This document shows, piece after piece, positions 1 to 8,786 of a stretch of 60,000 bases of DNA. The notes below the pieces were generated by a model. That model searched no databases. It worked only from the letters and a program-made list of their open reading frames with translations, and was not told where the DNA came from. Every line of letters begins with the position of its first letter. Position 1 is the stretch's first letter. A program made the position numbers and the translations under genes. This DNA is from Felis catus (taxonomy: Eukaryota): positions 7,628,001 to 7,688,000 of the forward strand of contig NC_058369.1 of assembly GCF_018350175.1 (NCBI RefSeq), in the 5' to 3' direction.

Positions 1-49
1 TGAGGTGGGGTGAGAGATAAAGTCTCACTAACTCAGTCTAGTAGCAGAG

Positions 50-790
50 GCCCCATCTCCCCAAATCCCAGAGTCATTCCTGTCTCCTCTTTTTTTCACA
101 ACAGATCCAACCTATCAGCCAGGCCTGTCAGCTCTTCTGTTTGGACCCTGAATTCCTCCACATTCCCCCATGCTCACCCCCCACCATGATCCCAGCTCAA
201 GACACCATCTGGATTTCTTTACATCAGCTGCCCCCCAGGCCTCCAGTTGTCTGCCATCGGCCTCTGGTCTGTTTCTCCCGCAGCTGCCAAAGAATCAGGT
301 CATGTCTCTCCTTTTCCTAGAGAACCTTTGTGGCTCCCAGCTCACTCAGAGCAAAAGTCCAAGTCTTCCCGTGCCCCCACAAGGCCCTGCACCCTCTTCC
401 TGTCCCCTCCCTGCCCTCCTCTCCCACTCACCCCTCACTCACCGTGTTCGAGGCACACTGGCCTTGTTGCTCCTCAAACACACCAGGCACAGTCCTGCCT
501 CAGGGCCTTTGCACTTGCCCTTTCCTCGGTCTGGAACCTTCTTCCCGGAATTTTAACATGGCCTCCTCTCTCTCCTTACTCAGGTCTTAGCTCAGATGTC
601 CCCTCCTCAGAAGCCCTCCCTGACCACCCCCATTTAGCATTGCTCCTCCTGGGCACTCTCTATCACAGTCCCGCTTTGTCATTTTAGCATTTGTCTCCCT
701 CTGGAATTGCCCCGTTTGTTTGCCGGTGTTTATTATCTGAGTTCCTCCACCAAAATATCCACTCGCAGAGGCTGAGCCTGGGTTTTGTTC
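50..790 (+). mobile_element. Ancient LINE-2 (L2) 3' fragment
   Basis: Contains L2-like motifs: cctcagggcctttgcacttgcc...ctcagatgtcccctcctcagaagccctccctgaccacc. Boundaries approximate. Confidence 0.65.
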
Positions 791-1129
791 AGTGCACGCC
801 CCTCAACACTCACATGCCCCAGCTCTGTCGTACCCTCCCAAGTGTTGCCCCGCTCACACAGGTGAGCTCCTATGCGTGTACTGTGGCCACCTCCCTGGCT
901 CCCCTTGTCTTCTCTCTTGGGGTTCAGCCACTTGCAGCCTCTCAGATGAGGACACGCAGGCCTCTCACACGCACTTGCCAGTACTCAGAACACGTCTCCC
1001 ACGTCCACACGTCACCCCGGTCTGCCCCAAGTTCCACTGTGTCCAAACCCACATGTCCGGGTGGCCACACGCACGGGCAGGTGCCTCTGAGGTCTTCGAG
1101 GTCACACACATCACCTTGTTCACACATTC

Positions 1130-1870
1130 GGCAGACGCTCCTTTCGTGCCTATTGTGTGCCAAGAGCTGGTCCAGGCAGCGGACCCGCCCAGGACCAACA
1201 CAGACAAAATCCCTGCCCCCAGGCAGCTGACGTCCTGGATGGGAAGACGGATGGTGGGTAGGTCAGAGGGTGGTAAGTTGTGAGAACACTTAAGTGGGGA
1301 TGCGGCTGGGGGTTCTGGGATGAGAGGCCTTTTTTTTTTTTAAGATTTTTTTAATTTTGAGACCGCAGGCACGCGAGCAGGGGAGGTGCAGAGAGAGAGG
1401 GACAGAGGGAGAGACAGGATCCCAAGCTGGCCCTGTGCTGTCGGTGCACAGCCCGATGAGGGGCTCGGTCCCATGAACTGTGAGATGGTGACCTGAGCTG
1501 AAATCAAGGCGAGGATGTTCAACTGACTGAGCCACCCAGGTGCCCACGGGGGCCGTCTGAAACAGAGGGGTCAGAACTTACTAAGAAGAGGACACTTGAG
1601 CCAAGACCTGAAGGAAGAGACAAGGGTAAGAGCATTCCAGGCACAGGAGAAGCAAGCCCTGAGCTAGAGCCTTTGAGGTGCCCAAGGAATAGCAGGGAGG
1701 CCCGTAAGACTGGAACAGAGCGAGCAAGGGGGAGAGCAGGAGGAATGAGAACAGGGAGGGGATGGGGCCAAGCGTGCAGGGTCTCGTGGGCCCCAGAAGG
1801 ACTTGGGCTTTCACTCTGAGTGAGGTGTGAGCTCCAGAAGGTTCTGAGCTGGAGAAAGGCATATTTGCTA
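1130..1870 (-). mobile_element. LINE-2 fragment (reverse), interrupted by a SINEC
   Basis: ctattgtgtgccaag...; agcattccaggcacagg...; ggacttgggctttcactctgagtgagg, all typical of reverse-oriented L2. Boundaries approximate. Confidence 0.5.
1330..1545 (-). mobile_element. Carnivore SINE (SINEC, feline type)
   Basis: Poly-T, then (GA)-rich tract, then gagccacccaggtgccc: reverse complement of the SINEC head and tail. Confidence 0.9.
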
Positions 1871-2099
1871 TCATATATGCACACCAAGCCGGAGCTCTCC
1901 CTGCCCCCTCCTCGACGACACCAGGCCCCCCACGACAGGGATGGACCACACCCCTTGGAGCCAGACTACATGTGTAACATCCACCACCTTCCAGGAGCTC
2001 AACCTGGGGTGCGAAGGAGGCCTGGAGAAGCCCGGGTCGCCAAACGGGTAAAATCGGCCTCCCCCTGTCCTCATGCCCTCCTTCCCTCTCACCGCTCAC

Positions 2100-2300
2100 C
2101 TCTCGGGACCAAGACCCTGAGTCCAGCAAGGCTTGCAGCAGACGAGAAGTCCCAGGAGGAGCTGAGGGTCCAGGAGGAGCCTCTGAGTGAGGAAGGGGAG
2201 AGGCTGGTGGGAGAGCAGGAGGGAGGAGGCTTGGTAACCACCCCTGTCCTCCAGAGCTTGGAAGCAGAGCCGTGGTGCCGAGACCAGGAGCTCCAACTGT
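2100..2300 (-). other. ANGPTL6: Probable non-coding first exon (5' UTR) of ANGPTL6; the rest of the gene lies left of the window
   Basis: Minus-strand donor GAG|GTGAGC at 2100/2099 and an AT-rich TATA/FOXA-like element (ataaatatttac) at ~2299-2310. In human, ANGPTL6 is head-to-head with PPAN a few kb upstream. No ANGPTL6 coding sequence is in the window, so this call rests on synteny. Confidence 0.45.
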
Positions 2301-2918
2301 AAATATTTATCATTTCTTGCATGAGAACCGAGGCAGAATGGCCAGACCCCCTTGCCCAGGCCACCAGGGCCTGATAACACAGGTCAGTGCTCCGGATGTT
2401 CCCCCCACAGCAGAGCACAGAGCGTGGGAGGCTGCAGGCCCCGTGAGGCCGGGGGGGGGGGGGGGGGAGGACAGGGGGAGGACACAGACACACCGCAGAG
2501 AAAGACAACAGGAAACGTTGGCACCTGCTGCCGCCAGGCGTGCCTCTAAAATCCACACCTTCTATCTCATTTAGCCTTTGCCTTCACAACCTTTGTTCCC
2601 ACGAAGCCTCGTTTTACAAGAGGGAAAACCGAGCCTGAGGGAGGGTGAGTGGTTTGCCCACAGCCACACAGCTGGAGAACGGTGGAACTCAGCCCAGGTA
2701 ACTTGGCTCCCGCACTCACACACATATACCCTGACCCTGCCACACACCGTGTGCCCACAACAGGGCAGAAATCAAGACACACGGGTCCCCAGTGAGACAA
2801 ACCACTGCACGGAGCCACAAAGGTAGGTAGACATGGAATCTGTGTGTGTGTCTGCGGATTTGCCCGGCACAGGCACATATGAAGACACGGCTGGAAACAT
2901 AGCACAGATTCTGGCAGC

Positions 2919-2919
<1 letters not shown>

Positions 2920-2956
<37 letters not shown>
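2920..2956. repeat. (CA)n microsatellite
   Basis: About 18 CA units. Confidence 0.95.
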
Positions 2957-3439
2957 ACGACTTAAAGGAAAATACCCTGTGGGCAGAGTGGGGTCTCACA
3001 CTGGCAAGCACAGAGGCGCTAACCAGGTAGACAGTGAAACCCTGGTCCCTGCCCACTTGCCCACCACAGTGTACATGTTCCCATTTGTCTCCCACGCACA
3101 CTGTCACATCCTCAGGTCAAATCATGCAGGGACAGAAACCATGCGGTCATTCCTCAGAGGTACAAAGGGACCCCCATAGAGCCCCCCCAGAGCCTGGTCT
3201 AGGGTCTCCCACCTGCACAAAGGCCTCACTGACCTGCAGACACACTCTCAGGGAGCAGCCTCCTTCGCCTGGTTCCTACTGTCCTGAACTCGTAACCCGA
3301 GTGGACTCCCGGGCTGAAAGAGGAAATGGTCGTCCCAGATCTGAGAGAGGCTGCCAGGCTGGGCTCCAGGCCTGGGCTGGGGCCCCCCCACACTGGGCCC
3401 CTCGGCCCCCCACCCGCAGCCCCCTCCAGCTTCCTCCAT

Positions 3440-3830
3440 TGGCAGCAGAGAAGAAACCTCATAAGTCACAGAGAGGGACTGACAGATGAGAGAGAGAGAG
3501 AGTACAAGAGACAGAGAAGGGGAGAGACATGGGAGGAGATGGACAGAAACGGTGGGGGGGGGGGAGTCAGGAAGAGGGATGAGAAGAGAGAGATGGGGAT
3601 AGAGACATAAGAGAGATGGAAACTTGAAGGCAATGAAAGAGACAATTGATGGCAGAGACAAAGTGGGGCAGAGGGAGACAGAGATAGGAAGAAGACAAGG
3701 ATAGGGAAGGGGAGACGGAGGAGGGGAAGAGGAGAAAGAATTGGGAAGGAGAGACAGGAGAGAGGAAGCAAATGGGGGAGGGGAAGCAGATGGTGGAAGG
3801 AAACCTATGGGACAGGAAAGAGACGTTGGG
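3440..3830. repeat. GA-rich low-complexity polypurine tract
   Basis: About 390 nt of mostly G/A on the + strand. Confidence 0.8.
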
Positions 3831-4049
3831 GGCGTCCCTTTTCCCCACCCCAAGGTTCTGGGGAAGAAGCCAGAGGCCTGAGGCCAAGACTGGGGCTTTG
3901 AGCGGAAACCGGGAGGGGGTGAGTTATTCACAAAGCGCCCGCCTTGCCCTGAGTTTCCAGAAGGTGATGTGGAGTTTCCATCTCTCCGCCGCAGACAGGG
4001 CCCCCGGGGAAGACCGCTGGCCCTCAGGAGCTGGGGGCCTATATACGTA

Positions 4050-4305
4050 ATTGCTATGCTCTACCCATTTCTCTGGTTGTTCCCCAAGTGCCTGGTGCCT
4101 TTGTGCCAAGCATTGTGCATCATCTTTCTTAGTAAGTGGATCAGAAGGGAAATGAGTACCATCCTCTCTTTAGAATACTTGTAGGAGCCTCAGAGTGGAT
4201 AAAATGGCTGTCAAAATCGCCCAGCTGGTATAAATGAGCCGAAGTAGGATTCGAACCCACAACTTATTTCTCCGAAGCCGGCGCCGCTTCGCTGAGACAC
4301 TGGCC
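4050..4305 (-). mobile_element. Near full-length MIR SINE with intact B-box
   Basis: Minus strand reads ...gtgtctcagcgaag...GGGTTCGAATCC...ccagctgggcgattttgacagcc...ctctgaggctc...aatgcttggcacaaaggcaccaggcac, colinear with the MIR head, core and tail. Confidence 0.7.
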
Positions 4306-4900
4306 CCGCCCGGTTTCCATAGAAACAAGCACCAGGTGTCTCCGTAGCAACCCCTCTGTGGCTTTCTGCTCGCCTGGTGACGTCACCGCGCAGTTCCGCC
4401 TCACGTCGTCCACTCGCCGGCGCCGGAAGTGAGCGGCGCGGCGCCGGAAGCACCCGGCAGAAGCGTCCCAGCGGAGGAGTTGGCGGCATGGGGCAGTCGG
4501 GGCGGGTGAGGCGCGGCGGCCTGGGGGCGGGGGCGCGGGCAGGGCCGGTGGGGGACCGGTGGGGGGCGGGTGGGGTCCCTGCGGAGGCCGTGGCGCTGAC
4601 CGCTCGCCTTTCGCCCCTGCAGTCCCGTCACCAGAAGCGTGCTCGCGCCCAGGCGCAGCTCCGCAACCTCGAGGCCTACGCCGCGCAGCCGCACTCGTTC
4701 GTGTTCGCGCGGGGTCGCGCGGGTCGCGGCGTCCGGCAGCTCAGCCTGGACCTTCGTCGGGTCATGGAGCCCCTCACCGCCACCCGCCTGCAGGTCTGCA
4801 CCTCCCACCCCGCCTCCATCAGCCTTTGGCCCCGTCTTCGCCGCTACGGAGGTGGCTCCAACCGCAGAACCGCGCGAGCCTTCAGGCTCCCTGGCAGGAG
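4270..4900. promoter_or_regulatory. CpG-island promoter of PPAN
   Basis: Dense CpG. X-box-like gtttccatagaaac 4313-4326 and gtctccgtagcaac 4338-4351; CRE tgacgtca 4378-4385; ETS ccggaagt 4423-4430 and ccggaag 4444-4450. Confidence 0.9.
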
Positions 4901-7900
4901 AAGGGGACCTTTATGGGGACCATCGTCCCTGCCTCTTCGGATTTTGTGGGGCAGCTGCGAGGGGGCGCAGATGAACCCGTTTTGGCTGGATGTCTAAGAC
5001 TGGTGGTTAAAAAGGGACTAGAGTTAGCAAAGCTAGAGTGGAAACTTCGGTTCTCTCAAAGGCCTGGAGAAAGTTAATTAACGTCGCAGGGCCCAGGTGG
5101 CTCATCTGCAAAATGGGCCAGGCACAGTAAACGAGCAAATTTAAGTCGGGTTAGTTCTAGAGGTCAAGAACATTCCACTCCTTTCTTTTTGCGACAGGTT
5201 AAATTCAAGAAGGGGCATAAGAGCTTCAGCTTACAGCCCTTGCTCGGGGAGAGGATACTTAACGATCTTTCCATTTTGTGTTTGTAACTCTCAGATACGA
5301 AAGAAAAACACTCTGAAGGATTGTGTGGCAGTGGCGGGGCCCCTTGGGGTCACACACTTTCTGATCTTGAGTAAAACGGAGACAAACATCTATTTTGTGA
5401 GTTAACACATCCACACCCCTCATCTTCCCCCTGCCCTCCTCCTCCCCCAACTCTCACGATGAACCCATATGCCTCTGAGTTGCCATGATTCTGGCTTCAA
5501 AGTAAACGCTCTGAAGAGATGGGGCGGAGGTTCCCACTCCCTGCTGCCTAGCTGGACACCTTGACTCTGACCAATCCTTTTGTTTTGTTTTTCCCGTAGA
5601 AGCTGATGCGCCTCCCAGGAGGCCCCACCTTGACCTTCCGGATCAATAAGGTAAGGGTCAGAGGTAATGAGGGCCATGTTGGGTAGAGGACGAATTCAGG
5701 GAGGGCGCCAGCCATGTGTGGCTGTCAGGCCTCACTCCTCCCCCCGTCCTGCAGTACACACTAATGCGCGACGTGGTCTCCTCCTTGCGCCGACACCGCA
5801 TGCACGAGCAGCAGTTTGCCCATCCGCCCCTCCTGGTGCTCAACAGCTTCGGCCCCCACGGCATGCATGTGAAGCTCATGGCCACCATGTTCCAGAACCT
5901 GTTCCCCTCCATCAATGTGCACAAGGTGGGCTGGGCCTGGGGCGGTGGCAGGTGAGGGTGGAAGGGCGGACAGTAGGTACCACACGCAGGCCCTTGGCTT
6001 GTTTGCTCGGTCCTTGCCTCTCAGCGCGGAGGCAGAGCGCTCCGGCTCCTGAGGTCACATCTCCCTCACGTGTTCGTGACCCTGGGGTAAGAGACTCCCT
6101 CGTAAGCTTTCTTCCTCTCTGAAAGGTGGAGAATGATCCTGATTGTCCTTTATTTCTTGAGTGGGGATTGAGTATTAGCCTGAGCAGCGTGCCAGGTACT
6201 TGGGACACCAGTTGACGGATGGGGAGACAGACTGACAGAGGGGAAGTCATTAGTCAGAGGTTAGACGCAGAGGGCAGGACTGGGTTTTTTAAGCTGTCTG
6301 GCTCCAGAGCCCTAGTTCCTAATCCCTGGCACCAGCTGGTCTCAGGTTAGGCCTGTTCGATGCTAATCATCAGGGAGCAGTCCACCCACAGTGTGGACGG
6401 CTTCGGTGGGCCTCAGAACCAAGAACTCTAGCCAGTGCGCCTGCCACTCCATTAGTCCCCCCAGTGCCACATCTCCCTGCTGAGAGATTTCTGGAACAGG
6501 GCCAGGGCCTGCTGTGGCTCTAGCACACAGGGAAGTCCGTGGGCAGTTGACATGTTGCTGTGCCCTCGCCTCTCCCTTCCAGGTGAACCTAAACACCATC
6601 AAGCGCTGCCTTCTCATCAACTACAATCCTGACTCCCAGGAGCTAGATTTTCGTCATTAGTGAGTACTCTTGTTGAGGGGCGGGGGGAGGGGAGGAGGCA
6701 GGGCTTCCACGTGTGGCTGATGACAACGCTCCTGCTGAGGCTCTGTGATTGTCCAGTTTCAAAGTAAACGCCCTGACGCACTGTGGAAAGGGGAGGGGGG
6801 CAGAGCTGACCTCCAGTCTCAGGATCCCTAACCTCTCTTCTCACACTCTGGGTCTTGCAGTAGCATCAAAGTCGTTCCTGTGGGCGCAAGTCGTGGGATG
6901 AAGAAGCTTCTACAGGAGAAGTTCCCCAACATGAGCCGTCTACAGGACATCAGCGAGCTATTGGCCACGTGAGGAGGGCACCGGGTGGGGAGATCACTAC
7001 CGCGCCGGAGACCCCAGAGCTTTTCCAGGAGCCTGGAATCTCCTACTGACCAGTGTGTCCTCTGCACAGGGGCGCCGGGCTGTCCGAGAGTGAGGCAGAG
7101 CCCGATGGGGAGCACAACATCACAGAGCTGCCCCAAGCCGTCGCGGGACGCGGCAACATGCGGGCCCAGCAGAGTGCCGTGCGGCTCACTGAGGTGAGGC
7201 CCAGCCCAAGGCAGGCCCAGGGTCAGAAGTGACTTCCTCTGTCAGTACCCCCCCCTTCCCCCCAGCCCTGAAGAAGGACTGACTCGTCCCCTATGTCCCT
7301 CCAGATTGGGCCCCGGATGACCCTGCAGCTCATCAAAATCCAGGAGGGTGTTGGGGAGGGGAACGTGCTGTTCCACAGTTTCGGTGAGAACGGGGCTGGG
7401 GAAGCAAGGGGCTGGGAGTCCAAGGCCCTCACGGGTGGGTCGCGAGGTGCACTGACACATCTGGGTCTCCGTGACCCATCTTTTCCCGCTCAGTGCACAA
7501 GACTGAAGAGGAGCTTCAGGCCATCCTGGCGGCCAAGGAGGAGAAGCTACGGCTCAAGGCCCAGAGGCAGGCCCAGCAGGCCCAGAATGTTGTGCGCAAG
7601 CGGGAGCAGCGGGAGGCACACAGGTGTGTGGCCGTGGGCCGTGCAGGTGAGGCAGGGTCTCAGGTGCAGGCCGCCACCCTAAATGATCTCTCCCTCCAGG
7701 AAGAAGAGCCTGGCAGGCATGAAGCGGGCGCGGGCGGAGGCCAGTGGGGATAGCGATGCCGAGGACCCCGGCGCCCCCCCAGAGGGGACCGGCCAGCGAG
7801 AGGAAGAGGAGGATGAAGCCGAGTATTTCCGCCAGGCAGTGGGAGAGGAGCCTGATGAGGGTATGTGGCAGGGGTTGGTGCAGCTGGGCACCTTGAGCCC

Positions 7901-8154
7901 GTCCCTGTGGCCTGGTGGCCTTGACGTGGTCTCTCCCCACAGACATGTTTCCGAAGGCAGCCAAACGAAGACGGCCTGCCGGGCCCCCAGGCAAGAAGCA
8001 GCGAGGAAGGGGGCAGAGGCCAGATCGAGGCGCTGACCGGAGGCCTCCAAAGGCCAAGGGCAGGCCCCAGCGGGCCCAGGCCAAGCTGGAACGCAGAGGA
8101 GCTGCCTGGGAGCACAGGCGGGGCCGAGCACGGCCACCTAAGAAAGCAGTTTGA
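4488..8154 (+). CDS. PPAN: Peter pan homolog (Suppressor of SWI4 1 homolog), Brix-domain ribosome biogenesis factor, 467 aa
   Basis: Coding exons 4488-4505, 4623-4793, 5295-5396, 5600-5650, 5755-5925, 6583-6659, 6861-6968, 7070-7193, 7305-7383, 7494-7623, 7700-7860, 7943-8154 (1404 nt, all GT-AG, phases consistent). Translation MGQSGRSRHQKRARAQAQLRNLEAY...LTEIGPRMTLQLIKIQEG...PPKKAV matches mammalian PPAN. Confidence 0.98.
5445..5524 (+). ncRNA. SNORD105: Box C/D snoRNA SNORD105 (guide for 18S rRNA Um799), PPAN intron 3
   Basis: Terminal stem cccca...tgggg; box C variant ACGATGA 5456-5462; box D CTGA 5511-5514, preceded by TTCAAAGTAAACGC, complementary to 18S GCGTTTACTTTGAA. Known host gene. 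Confidence 0.92.
6707..6786 (+). ncRNA. SNORD105B: Box C/D snoRNA SNORD105B, PPAN intron 6
   Basis: Stem ttccac/gtggaa; box C CTGATGA 6717-6723; same guide TTCAAAGTAAACGC before box D CTGA 6773-6776. Confidence 0.93.
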
Positions 8155-8255
8155 GGCCAGGCTGGTGCAGTGGATGGAATGCCCCAAATTGGGGCCCAAG
8201 AGCCTTTGCCCTGGGCTTCCACCTGGGCCTCCAGGGGCAGCCCTCGGTTTCCTTT

Positions 8256-8261
8256 CATAAA
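8256..8261 (+). terminator. Candidate non-canonical poly(A) signal of PPAN (CATAAA)
   Basis: Best hexamer seen about 100 nt after the stop codon; no AATAAA seen before P2RY11 exon 1. Confidence 0.5.
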
Positions 8262-8786
8262 GGAGCGGTTTTCTCCAACCTCCCACGCTGGTGAATGCTT
8301 GATTTCCCGTGAGTCTTGCGTCTGCATTGGGAATGGGGAGAGCTGGAGTCCCGTGGTAGAAAGCCCAGAGGCTTGGGGCCAGGAGCTTCTGGGAACCGGG
8401 CTAGGTTCGCGCCCACATCCTGAGCAGTGGACACGCAGGAACTGTTTTGCAGGTGAGGGCGATGGGCAGATGCAGTCTGGTGCCTCGGGGTGTCCTGGGC
8501 CCGTCCCCAGCCTAACCCCCCAGGTCCCCGTTACCTGCAAGCCAGTGACTGGGCTGCTCTGGAGGGCAAAGTGTGAGGAGGAAGGAAGCCGGGGGTGGAA
8601 GCGAAGCTGGCTGGTGTTGGCAGTGGGCGGAGCTGAGCTGCCAGCGCTGAGAGAAAGAGGGTGGGGCTGCTGGGAAGGAAGGGGCCCGCCACGCCGCTGG
8701 TTAGCTCGGCACCGGCTCGGCTCGGCTCGGCACCAGTGCTGGTGGCGCGGCTTCGGCGCTGGACCCGGAGGCAGGGCACGTGGGCC

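Noticed and set aside
170..1283. Several ORFs of 100-180 aa
   Set aside because: They lie in L2-derived or GC-rich sequence with no recognisable domain or splice structure.
3248..3931. 227-aa Ser/Pro/Leu-rich minus-strand ORF
   Set aside because: Artefact of the CT-rich low-complexity tract.
4247..4258. Possible tRNA gene (T-loop/B-box GGTTCGAATCC)
   Set aside because: No cloverleaf can be formed and the flanks align with MIR; treated as a MIR.
7554..8540. 328-aa antisense ORF over the PPAN 3' end
   Set aside because: GC-rich shadow frame crossing exons and introns, no recognisable homology.
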